A stretch of 64,000 nucleotides of DNA, from positions 21,762,001-21,826,000 of the forward strand of contig OZ281498.1 in assembly GCA_965637545.1 (NCBI GenBank), in the 5' to 3' direction. This DNA comes from Phallusia mammillata. Lineage: Eukaryota. The position numbers and the translations under genes were made by a program. Below, in pieces: positions 51,242 to 63,497 of the stretch. Position 1 is the first letter of the stretch, and each line of letters begins with the position of its first letter. The notes under the pieces are model-generated. The model did no database searches. It was given only the letters and a program-made list of their open reading frames with translations, and was not told the DNA's origin.

Positions 51242-51987
51242 GACGTGGGGTAGCAGCTGGAATGCGCATAATGAACCCAAATTTCACCAAGCCAGGACAA
51301 ATTTGAGTGATTTCGTGTTTAAATTGTAGCGAATTTAAATGGAAACGAAGTTCGAAGTAATGATTTACGATGCCAGCTAAGCCACAGGACAGCATTTGAG
51401 CCAGCACAGGGCACAGAACTCGGCTAATTAGATTAAAAAGCTCATCAATCTCGAATTGCTGTGTAAAAGAGCGGCTGGCAAACAACTCAATGAAATCACA
51501 CCTGGCCTGAGCAGAGCATTTCTTTGCCTCGGCACACCTGTGTTTTTCAAACAATGCGATTTTTTACGACTTGTGACGCGTCAGCAACGCCGGTCAAGTC
51601 CGGACACGACAGTTTGAGGCCACATTGGGCACGTATAAACGCCACATCAGTTATTTAAACTAGTACTTCGCCTTATCATTCACATTGTTGAATGTTACGG
51701 AATGTTTACGTAGGGTTTGTGTACTTGGTTTTATCATTGATTTTCTGTTGAAGATTTTACCCTAAAGCGTGTTTTAGCAGGCCATGTCCAAGCTTGTTAA
51801 TGTCCTTTTCAAGATTTTTCAAGGACCACAAAAATACAAAATGATGTAAAACCAATACCAAACATCATATACGGTAGTATGAAACAAAAGTAACTAGATA
51901 ACTATTGTGAAGAAGTTTGTTCATTTCTAAAACTAGAAAAGAACCAAGTAAATGTCCAAAAAGGTAAAAATAAGCCATTTAGATGTT

Positions 51988-52122
51988 TCTTTGTTCCCTT
52001 GTTTATCGTGCACCGTACTACGCGCATTCAGTGATATTTACCCTGATGAAGGCGACCTGTATAGGACGCCGAAACGTCGGTGAAAACATACAATTGCCAA
52101 AAGAACATTATAAAGTTAAAGT
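51988..52122 (+). mobile_element. ~135-bp hammerhead-containing retro-insertion (PLE pLTR type, family 1) with TSD
   Basis: TTTACC-CTGATGA-A-GGCGACCTGTATAGGACGCC-GAAA-CGTC/GGTGAA. A 12-bp direct repeat CATTTAGATGTT lies at 51976-51987 and 52123-52134. Confidence 0.75.
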
Positions 52123-55100
52123 CATTTAGATGTTCAGAATTTGGAAACAGCTACTTTCTTCTAAGAATTTGTTTTCGAAAAGTTTGCGCTAATGTATTTC
52201 AATAAAGATAGTAGATTTTTACCGAAACTCTCAAAACAAACAATATTAATATAGGTACAACAGGCATAAAAAGTCCCGTTTAGGTATAACAAAAACCTAC
52301 AATGAACATGAACCTGCGGTGGCCAGTGCACCTGCGTTGCTGCAGCCAGACATACATGTCTAGCAATGCGAGCTGAAGCCATATTTCTTTCACTGGCGTT
52401 TCGCGTATCCAGCGCGGAATGTTATTGTCAGCGAGCTTTGATTCGGTCACAGCATTTACGTCGCCGTTACAAGTCCACACGCACCTGCCCGACTCATATT
52501 CATATACACAAGCTGTCACACTTAACGGGATTTCAATGGGACGAGATGCACCTGCGACTCCGGATTAAAATCGTTTAATTAATTACGCGACAATGACCCA
52601 CACAATGGCAATTTCATGGTGGTTTTGTGCGCTATTAGTTGCTGAGTTTTGGTAAAGAAACACACCCTTCTGTACGACCGTTAGGGTGTAGCTAAAATTC
52701 TGACGCATATCACGATTATAAGGTTACTTTTAAAGGTAACTGTTTTAGTTTGGGAGAAAAAAAATCAGGGCAGCAAGTGATAGCATGTTAAATATGTGTA
52801 CTTAAATGGGGTTGTTAAGGGTTCCATTGGCGCCTATAGCGTGAAACAACGTCATAATAAGTGGGTAATTGGGTGTTTTGTTTGAAGATTATTTGCGGTC
52901 GTATAAGCTTGCACCAAACGCGGGTCACCACCTGCAAGCGGCGAGTTTGAGAAGGGCGAGATGTAATTCCAGCTGCTCAGGTGAAACCGGGCCTTTGAAA
53001 TTATGTCACTGCTATGATAAATGCATTGCACGATGTGAGAATTTAAAACAATAGGCCTGCAATGTACTAAAGGTCATTTTACTCTTCGAAAGTAGTTTCT
53101 TGCTTGAAGAAATCGTCTTCTTTAACAGTTTTTTTTTCAAGCAGGCTTAAAGATTATACAGACCATTTTTGGGGGGTAGGCTAGGCCTAAATCAGTAGAC
53201 TAAAATTTTAAAAAAATCGATATTAATAGACACAAACATAATTTGCATCTTTGAAAATATTGATTCAGGTTTTTAGGCATTTCAGGAAATAAATTCATTT
53301 AAAACCGCTTTGCACTGCTAAGCACGAAACAGTTGCGTAAGATTACCAAAAATCTGCCATAGTGTAATGCACACGCTTTATTAGCATGTTTTGCGCAATA
53401 AATGTTTCAAAACCGACCGACAATCCGCAAACAAGGGTGCGGGGTGTTTGCAAAGCCAATTAAACGGCGTTCTTAACAAGTCGAGCCGTACCCAGCCCGG
53501 GCAAAGTTTGGAACAAACCAACGCCAGACATCGCGGCGCCAGAGCACCTGGGCATACACACTGGTGAAACCCAGCGTCACCACGTGACCACAGTGTATGC
53601 CTCGCATTGTGTAGTTCTCACAGCTGAGCCTGCACGAATCGCTTTGTGGTGGTGGATTGCGTTGATCCAATAAACCGCCTACTCTTGAAGTGTACGGTCA
53701 CAGCAAATTTCCGACGTATTTACTAGAGAATTTTCTTCACAAATTTGCTGCTTACTGGGTTGAGTTGAGTTTATTATGTAAGAACCCATAGGGACTGCAC
53801 TACAACAATCACCATACCGGAAATAACTGCGCAACGTTAAAACGGTTTGAAGCGCAAAATTGGTTGAGTATGGCTAAATGCGATGCAGCTACATCGTGTT
53901 ATAGAGCGTTATGTGCCGGGGAGCTCACTAGAAAGTGATTGTGGCGCATTATAAGTAAGCTCGAATGCCATGGATTCGTCAAACACGGCTTTCAAATTTA
54001 AGATTCCATGGTTGTAGGCTTGTAGCAATTTCCCGGTGGCATAGTTTCGAACGGTTGCCCAGTTCCCATAAAATCCATGGCTATGTTCGATCGATGCGTT
54101 TTCCGGCAACTAAAATCTCATTAGGGACAAGAAACATCCGAATCAAACAAACGGCCTCGTTACCAAGGTTTGTTTTTTTGAAGTCTGTCGCTCCCTTGGG
54201 GACAAACTTCCTCAAAACCGGAACAAAAGCCTCGACGGAAGCACACAATACGACAAAAAATGCGTCACGCTCGAACGTCGGCTCATTGGACTTATACTTA
54301 CGGCCCAACGAGTCCGTATCTACACAACAACATAGATGGGTCAAGGATTTGGGACCACCAACTAAGCATGGCTTAACTAAAGATTGTAATTCAAGGGACC
54401 TGCTTGTGTGAGGTCCCGTGGGCTACAGTTGATGGGACCCACCTGCCAACACTGTTTCATCACTAAGGGGGGTAAATACGACTCCCCACACCCCGCATTT
54501 GTGTTTAGTTCTGCCACGAAAACCAGAACAAAACAGGAAAATTGTATTTTTGGATTGCAAGAAGTATTTTTGATTTGCTTTAAACTTTATTTAATCTTTT
54601 CCTCTATTTATTTTGTATTAATGTACCTATATTTACACAGGTACAGTGAAAAGGTATCATAAATGTATTCACTTTACACAAAATCTCTGGTAGTATTGTA
54701 TTGATTAAATTTCTTTTAGTGATACTGTAAATGTCAATCTTACTTTAAGAAGCATAAATATTCACGAGCGACGAAAATATGCAAGTAGTGGTGACAATAC
54801 CCTAAAACTTTGGAGCGAAATTGATAAAAATAGGAAAGGTTAACCGGGCAAAGAAATTTGGGGTGAAAACGGAGCTCGTAATAGGCCCAATACTTCGGTG
54901 GCAACGAGAGAAACGAGGCTAGGCTTAATCAGAGCAGACTGACTGGCGCCGATCCGCACCTGTACCTGCGCTCGTTAAACACAAGACGAGCAAAACGATC
55001 GTTCCGAAGGGAAATACCCCGGTTTGGATGTCAAAATTTCCGAATTCATGTAGCGCCGAAGAAACATGTACACCGTAATAGGCTATACGACATATACTAT

Positions 55101-58100
55101 AAATAAATCCATATATTTAGTTTGGCCGAAGGCGTAGCGATATCTTCAATAAACAAAGTGCTTTGCATAGAAGTTATGTGTGTAAAATTACCATAGAATT
55201 GAAGAGGATGTGTTTTGCGTGGTTCAGACAAAGACAATAAACAACACAGCATGTATTTGGTTATTGACGTGAGAACTGAACGGATTTTAGGATTTCCAGG
55301 GCTCGAGTAATCAATGATACAAAACCTAATAATAAGCAAAGTTAGGGTTTAACACAAAGCCGTTTCACAGGCCAGTAACTCTCGCAGCGTAATTAAGCGA
55401 CGCCCCTTAGCGCAACGCCCTGCTCTACAATTAAAAGGCTAAACGGATTACAGGATTATCACAGTGTTCATCAGCGCATATATTGATCGCCTAAAATCGT
55501 GCAAATATTCTTCCCGCATCCGGAAGAGAAACGGCTTTATTTCGCAGGGTAAATTCTAAATTACAATACTACGGGTGTTGATAGGCCACAATAAATGAGT
55601 CGACTGTTTCGCATCACACAGCTGTGCGGTGTAACCTAGACCCGGTGTTCGTTAGTGTTGCCACTGTGGTGCACACCTGCATCGTCAAAGCCGTCACTGA
55701 GTAACATCTCAATTCGTGTAGCGTGCCATGCTATTTTGGTCCTTGTACGACAATTAATTGCGTTCAAAGATCCCAGATGCCAAATCGGCCATATTACCAG
55801 CTTTCCTTATAGGGCTTATAGGCTGTATTGCTTTCCGGTTGGAGAAAAGTGATTTGTTGATTACTGTTGGGCATTGCGGTAAGGTTTGGCCATTAAGTGG
55901 ACAATTAACATCTGTTTTCTGAGGAGTTTACTAATCATCAAGTAGCTTTTATCGCAATAATTCAAATGCGGTTGTAATTCAATTTCCAATCATCATAACC
56001 CTCGCTATGAGTTCAACCACAGAACAAGTCTTTGTGCAAATAAATAGGCGATTAACTTTTAATAGTTTGATTGGGAAAAACAACTGTTGAAAATTTCAAA
56101 TGTTGACCAATAAAATGGATATGAATCAATGTAACAATTTGAAACGATGTACATAAACAATTTAAGTAGTCAGTATGACAAATCGTTAATCTCAAGGATG
56201 TGTTAAACGTTATACAAAACAGGTATATATATATATATGGTTTCGGCATCGGTCAGAGTGGTGATGTCTGATTTGCTGTGATGGACAAGTGGAAGAGCTC
56301 AAGACAAATAAATACACGTGCACCAATAACATGATTTCCTGCTTAATCAAGACACTTTTACTCGATCTTGCTTGGAAGCGACACGATATAGGTTATTGAT
56401 GGCGCGATTTTCTTGTAACTTTGAAGCCCTAGGTTTTGTTTGGACTCGTTTAGGACAAAACGTGGTTGAATAACTGCGGTAACTGAAAATGCAGATGGAA
56501 ATCAGATAACGTACTTTGAATTTTTAATATTTAACCTTACATGTCTTAGACACTACATCTGCTTTTAGTATATCTCTTTATTTCTTTAGTAATATATATA
56601 AGTTGACTTTACAAAAAAGATTCAAAATAATCAAAGATTCAAAATACACGCGTTGTTGTTATGCCGAGAATACTCTTTCGAGATGTAATAAAACGAAACT
56701 ATTACTCAAACATTTATTGGCTTGGATTTTCGTAATATATTTGTCCAGGAAAGCAATTCGTGCACGAAAAATATGTTTGCATCAAACATTTTGACAACAC
56801 CTTATTCCAACATAATAAACAAGTACATCCGTTTTTGTGTTCATAGAAAAGTATTTATCGCCGGAATAGGGGCTACAATAAACATACAGATGTCAAATAG
56901 CTAACCATATTTTCCGCACCTAACCTATTGAACCCTAGAACGCGAAGTCGTTTTGAACACTCAAAACCGCGAACAACACGCCCGAATGTGTGAAATCAGG
57001 TGGATAGAGTTGACACAAGCCGTTCGGGTGCAATAAGTGGTTGCGAAATTTGGCCGTTGAAATTTAGGCGTCCTCGGTGGAATGCACACAGATCTGTGTT
57101 TGTGCACGTGTCCAAACGATCCGGTCGACGTAAAGCCAACTGAAGAGAAATGCGCAGACAATATGTTTTTGGCAACCGCACCGCCCGTGCAAATGAAACC
57201 TTGTTCATGTGAAGAAATAAAAAGGTGTTTGATAACCTCTTTGAAGAAAGTACAGACCAACGTTAACAAACAAATTTTGAAGGAGAAACTGTCCAAAATA
57301 ACCTTTTGGGGTAATGGTTTGGTTGTAGATGTATAATATAGGCTAAAAACGGATAAATGCCAATATACCTTGATTTAGAGGTATAAAATCGGCAAGAACC
57401 ATGTGCATGAAAATAACCGTGAATTTTGGATCATTTTACAAGCAAATGCCGTAAGCAACAAGATCATGACGTGATCTGACGTCACAGGTAAACAGTCATA
57501 ATCTTTTATCGTAAATTTAACGTTTAAACACTTAAACTTCGCAAGTAAAAAACTGAACAAAACAACATTGGACGTTTCAAAAACAAGTACATAAGCGCTA
57601 TATCATGAAGCGCCAGGCGTGTTTAAGCAGGCTTCTTGATCTCTTTGGTCAACAACAGTGACAACAGTTCGGGTGCGGGCTGAGCAAACTCACTGGCAGC
57701 TGCTGTCAAGTTTGTGCAGCTGAAGGCATATGCGAGCATCAAAGATCACAAAACAAACAGACTGCATGCAGTAACAGTGGCCTAACGTTTGTACAGCGGC
57801 AAGCTTCTGTTGGCATTGAGCCGACGACCCAAACGCGTTGACGCAATAGACGTCAAGCAGCGACAATCGATCGCAGCGCAAAGAGAAGACCCGTGAATTT
57901 GTCATGAAAGATTTGAAATATTTACAGCGAAACGCCTTAAAACGTTGATATAAGTCTTTCGGTATTTGGCAGGTGATTTCTTACATTACTATTTCAAGGC
58001 TATATGAGCAATGTTCGGACCCAACAACTTACAAACCGTACAATTTCGCCAAGTAAAAAATCAAACCTAAACAATGTAACAAAAACAAATTGATAAAAAC

Positions 58101-59957
58101 ATACGAAATATACTTTTGCAATGTAATTTTGTCAAACACTGCTGATTTATTTTTTATGACGCAGCCAGTGATTATATGTACCGTATTTTTGTCATAACCA
58201 CAAAAAACAAGTTAGTTTGCCACATAAAGAAATGCCACAAGGGAAGTGTAAAAAGTAAAGTCGTCTATAGCCCATATAAGGACACCAGTACAGTTCCTTA
58301 CAATAAAACATTCCCTTGTGCATCCAGAAAAGACCGTATCGGATATTGCTTTCACTCGAAACGGAAAACGGTAAATCCGTAATCTCAAGAGCATCGAAAT
58401 ATCACGACATTCACGCAATTAAAATCCCTCTTAGCCCAAAGGCTCGCATCATGTAAACACGGTTAATGCTGAAAATCTGTTCTTAGGGTGCTAAAAAGGC
58501 GATAACCAGTATCTCTATGTCCCAGCATGAGGGCAAATCGCTTATCAATGACGGCCTGTGGTTTAATGGAGAAAAGTAACATACACCTGTGTGGTAAATC
58601 ATGAGACGTTATATTCAGAAAGCGGTCGTATAACCCACTCGCGTTGCGAAATTTCCAAGCCCGCACCACAGACCAACAGTGAGTCATAGTACGGGATAAG
58701 AAATGTACAAGCTCCGTTATTTATGAGAGCGCAAATGCACACCTGAAAGTTCTTCATCAAAAGGATTAAGTACTTCGAAATGCACAGAACAGGGCTTTGA
58801 TTCGACGTTGTTGTATTTATACTAATCTGGATTAAGGCATTCTAAACTCTTTTTCTGTTGGTTTGAGTTTCAGAGATCAAAGGCTAATGTTAAGATTGAT
58901 ACATTGACTGCACTAACATTAAGACAGCGAGATGAATTTTTTGTGGGTTTGTCGTCACGTTTTTCCCATTGTATTTGTATCCACACAACATTTAAGCGGA
59001 AAATTAATACGGCCTCTTGACGCAGTAATACCACAAACTTTAAAAACGACAAATATTACGTGAAATATGATGCAAATGTAGGCACTAAATATAAGCTTAG
59101 AGTTAGAATGCGTATTCGCGGCCAGATAAAAGAATAGAGTTAAAGGTTACCTACGTATATTGTGTTTTTGAGGTTTTTATAATTAAGTGTCAACGAGTAA
59201 TGGATAAAGACTGCGAAAATCGCAATCATAAGTCGCACTGACAATAATAAGATAAAAAATCACGTCAAAAAATGATTAAAAAAGTTCGTGTTTCCAAACA
59301 AAATTCAAGACATTTGCCATAAGATAAAACAGGCTTATATAAACCCCAGTCAGACAACAAAACTCAAAAAAACACGCCATTACTCTTTAGTAATCCCCAT
59401 ATAGCGGCAACAATTGATCAACAACGCAACTACCCTTATGACGTAACAGAGGGGATACGTCATCTTTAGCTGGAAATCCGCCGCTAGTTGTTTGTGAAAA
59501 ATCGTGGAAACTTGGTACATTGGGGAGCACTAAGCATGAACGGCACATACGCAGTGACTAAGAAATTTCATAATAGGCGCACCTGCTGACCCGCGTAAGT
59601 TGTTGTTGCCCAACAAGGGATTTGATTTGAGCTATTCATGGACATATGTGATGCGCCCTTTGCGGAATTCGGGGGTTTCATCAGTGAACAGGTCATGCAC
59701 GGTTGAATGTAACTAATGTTGGAACGCTATTGGAAAGACACCATAGCTTATCATAGAGTATATCGTTTTCCCAGATTTATTATCTGTATTTTGTACTTAA
59801 ATTTGTTTTACAATTATTATTAAACGAGCCAAGTTATTTATCGAAGTTGCATTAACTTTTGGTTTCGTAATTTTAAAGAGCATTTTGTGACGAAAGTTTT
59901 TTTGACAGCAAGAAGTGCAAAAGTTGGCGCTACATATGCACGGACAATCATTTACAA

Positions 59958-60310
59958 AAAAATTTTCTGCTGCTCAGGTGTTGGTGAAGGAAACTGATTA
60001 TCACAAGCGAAGTTTCCTAGAGTCCTGGAACATCCATTCACGCGCCAACACAATGAACGTTAAAACAGATGTTCTAATGCCGATAAATTATCGGTCGCTT
60101 TTACACCACTGAGCTTGTTTTATCGCTACGGTGGTGCGAGTTTGCAGCCGCGCGATCTTGTTATCGCTGTTTTACATGTGTGTGTTTTACATTTTGTCGC
60201 TTTAAAAGAAATGTGTCTTGCAGGTTATGTCACTATCCTGATGAAGGCGTCTTGTATAGGACGTCGAAACGTCGATTGTTTACATTAAAACTGCTGGATG
60301 AGCAATACTT
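59958..60310 (+). mobile_element. Heavily 5'-truncated copy of the same PLE as 9134-10290, with hammerhead and 16-bp TSD
   Basis: Encodes FSAAQVLVKETDYHKRSFLESWNIHSRANTMNVKTDVLMPINYRSLLHH*, close to the C-terminus of the 9255-10076 ORF. Hammerhead CTGATGA is at 60238-60244, with 8-bp stem II and a GUC triplet. Direct repeat GGACAATCATTTACAA at 59942-59957 and 60311-60326. Confidence 0.85.
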
Positions 60311-61928
60311 GGACAATCATTTACAAGTCTTGTAAGGATTAAAACAGCCCAAATAGACGTTTATCCTAACATATTTCGGCAAAAAAACATGCCATCATCA
60401 GTGATAAGTAAAATATTCATTTAAATTTTTTCCAAGGAGCTAAAATATTGTTTAATGACGAATATAACGGCCCAAATAGACGAAAACGCGACCTGCTTTA
60501 TCATTTTTATCATATATTTGCCGAAACGTTTAAATAATAAAGCATGTTGCTTTATACGTATATTTGAGCCGTTATTTTCATCATTAAACTTATAAACAGA
60601 TCCGTACATAGTGTCCTAAAAATTGTAACATTGTAAAATAAACAAAAAAGAGAAAAATACTGAAACGAGCTCAATGCCTGGAAGCGGAACTATCGGAAAT
60701 AGAAAGTTACGCACACGAATTTTCCTTTGCATTTTAATTTAAAATTTTGCCTTCGGGCAGGTTGCGTGAATGCCGCAAGTACACTATTTGTAAACGTGGT
60801 TTAAAATTTTCCACTCGTGCGCGCAGGACGCTATCTATTTAGGCCACTCACGCAATTCCCAGTTTGGACGAACGAAAATACATGCAGTCGAATTGTAACT
60901 TCCCAGGCACGTGTGTTCCGATTTTATTTTTGTCGTTAAGTCTACATGAAGACTAGTCTTGTATGACTGAAGTCTTTTCAAAAGCAATGACATTTTTATG
61001 ACTATAACACTGCATTGAAAACTATATTTCACAATATTCTGAATACCGTACGATGTTATGTATATGTTTAATGCGTCGAGGTTCATACAGGTTTGTGGTG
61101 AAAGCTGCATAAGAAGCTTCTTACAACTCCCAAAGGGACGGCGCCATGATGAAACAGTTTCCGAATTCTAGCGGTGACCATTTCCCATCGTTTATGTCGC
61201 GATAAATCACCTATTATCAAACAACCGCCCGAAAAACTCAACTCTATCGATAAACCGGCGCGTGAGCAAGTCAATTATGCCGTCATAATGTTAGCATTGA
61301 TGCCGTGGTTCCCACGCGCCAGCCATCTGCCTGCTGCATTGTGACGTCACTATGGTCGCTGGGGAAAACACCGGATTGTGAGAAGTTGTGATTTTCGCAG
61401 CAATCCCGAGGGGTTTGGGGTCCACGTGGAAATCGTCGTTTCCCACGACTTTACGTCTCTGGGATGAGTTTTCAAACACGTGCAACTTAGTTTCGTATTA
61501 TATCGCGGAAATTTCGATACCGCCTTAACACCGGGCAAGTTTTTCACCCGATTTGGCAGCTGCGTGAGGCATTTAATAACTCCTACGATTTAATTCGAGC
61601 ACAAGTGTGGGTGATTCAGAATGCAATTGCGCCCGGCACCAACGAACTCGGTTGACCCGCGCCAGATCGCCGCTTCATTAAATCCATATTAGCGCTTTAT
61701 GTGTCCAATTGCTGCCCCGTGTTCAGCGGAAACAGAACAGCTGCGTAAAGCCTTTTCATGTCTTACGACTGAAATTGATAATTCGTGATTCCATTAAAAT
61801 ATAGGTCATATAAAAAGTTTGCAGAAATTGATGGCAAGTTGTAAAGATCATTCAATTTTGATTTTATTTTGATGCGTTTGCTAAATAGAAATCGTATTCA
61901 CAAAATAACCGAAAACTATCATTTAAAA

Positions 61929-62205
61929 CAGAGTTATAAGTCGGGCAGGGTTTTCAGGCCAGGTTCTGTTTCCTTGGATTCGGGCCTCGGTGTTTTTAAA
62001 CGGGTTTAAATCGGGCCTTTTCGTCGTGTGGTATTGCAATAACTAAACGACGGGATTTAATATCACTTTCTACTGATGAAGCCATTGAAATGAGACATTC
62101 TTGAATAAAGTAATGATCTTATTTTTACTGTTTATTCTTCTATATTTCTTATTCGGGCTTGTACTTTCGGGTTCGGGCTCGAATTTAGGCCCGCTTACGA
62201 CTCTG
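61929..62205. mobile_element. MITE with CAGAGTT(A/G)TAAG(T)CGGGC-type TIRs; related fragments near 520-830, 5370-5510 and 15700-15830
   Basis: Start CAGAGTTATAAGTCGGGC, end GCCCGCTTACGACTCTG, with internal TCGGGC repeats. A similar end GGCCCGCTTACAACTCTG lies at 813-830. No TSD seen. Confidence 0.55.
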
Positions 62206-63197
62206 AGCCCGCCAATAACAGCAGCCCAAAGATCAAAGCGAAAAAGCCTTATGTATATTATAACATCTAGACAGCCAAAAAATAAAGAAATAGTAACAGA
62301 CAGAGGAAAATAACAATATTTAAGAGGCTGCACAAACATTGCTGGGTACATAAATGGCATTGTGTCATCTGGGACCGTCGAGTATGACTCGCTTACGCCC
62401 TCAAGTGAAATAAGTGATTTAATTTTAAACCATGAGAGGCCGCTGCTGTATTGGTAAGCGGATGAATTAATGCCACAGGTTCCTTTTCTATTTGATAATA
62501 AGATTGTATCCGGAAAACGTTTGTGCTTGCAATAGTGCCAACACCTAAATAAATAATATTTTTGATTTACTTTTATTTTTTACTTTTTTGAATGCTTCAC
62601 AATAAAAGTTTAAAGAATAGACTACTAAATTGTATGCTGCTGCTTTAACAAACAATGTCCTAAGTTTATAAAAACTGCCAGTTTTCTTGGCTAAGTATAA
62701 CTAACATTATTTTATCCAACAAAAAATTCTATTATATTCGTAAATTAAATCGCTTCTACAATTAAGGAACAATATTATTACACTATTATTGTGAACCAGC
62801 GCGGTCTAAATGTTGGCCCGTGGGTTGCTTAAGATTTTCATTTCAACTTTCAGATTTGAATTTTGTTTAAATACGATATAGCATACATTGATCTGACATC
62901 TGTGTAGTGCTAAGGTTTGTTACGTAATAATTAACTAATTCATGTTACGTAACTAGGATCTATGTTACGTAATAATCTAATAGTGTCGCTTGAAACCTGT
63001 TTGATAAATTCTGTTGAAGCTAGCCTGATAGATGATACAAAAAAATCTATTGGCAGGCACAATATTTTACACTCTGGAATATTGTTGAGATAAAATGACC
63101 AATTTAAAGCAATTTAAACTTAAGCCAAAAAAAAAAACGACATAAAAATAATAGGTATATGTTTTCTATTTTTTTATGTAAAGGGGTATAGCTACTA

Positions 63198-63497
63198 ACA
63201 TCATAAACTCACGTCACCTGCACATTTTGCTAATTTTCGATAGGTGGCGCAAGGGCTAAATTGTTTATTTTACGGCTAAAAAGGGGTAAGTTTGTAAACG
63301 TAAGTTTTTGAAAATTTTACATTAGGAATTAAATTTGAGAGTTCGTTTCATTGAATTTTTATTCATAATACCTAACTTGAACCTTAATAGCCCTAACCGT
63401 CAGCATATTTTAAAATGTACAGATTTCGATGGAAATTTGTTCTCTTTTCCCCACCTATCGAAAATTAGTCAAATGTGCGGCTGACGTGAGTTATGGT
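63198..63497. mobile_element. MITE-like element with ~45-bp imperfect inverted termini
   Basis: AACTCACGTCACCTGCACATTTTGCTAATTTTCGATAGGTGG (~63206-63247) is the near reverse complement of CCACCTATCGAAAATTAGTCAAATGTGCGGCTGACGTGAGTT (~63450-63492). Confidence 0.6.

Noticed and set aside
50573-51280. 235-aa minus-strand ORF and overlapping 103-aa and 116-aa ORFs
   Set aside because: It runs through the tRNA-Lys gene, has no recognisable domain and no consistent splice structure. Left unassigned.
53909-54411. Overlapping 66-, 87- and 148-aa ORFs on both strands
   Set aside because: Protein-like composition but no recognisable family and no linkable exons. Cannot be supported without a search.
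60362-60409. Third hammerhead-like motif on the minus strand (CTGATGATGGCA...TGCCGAAATATGTT)
   Set aside because: Core and stem II are plausible, but stem III and the cleavage triplet cannot be paired convincingly. At best a decayed pLTR remnant.
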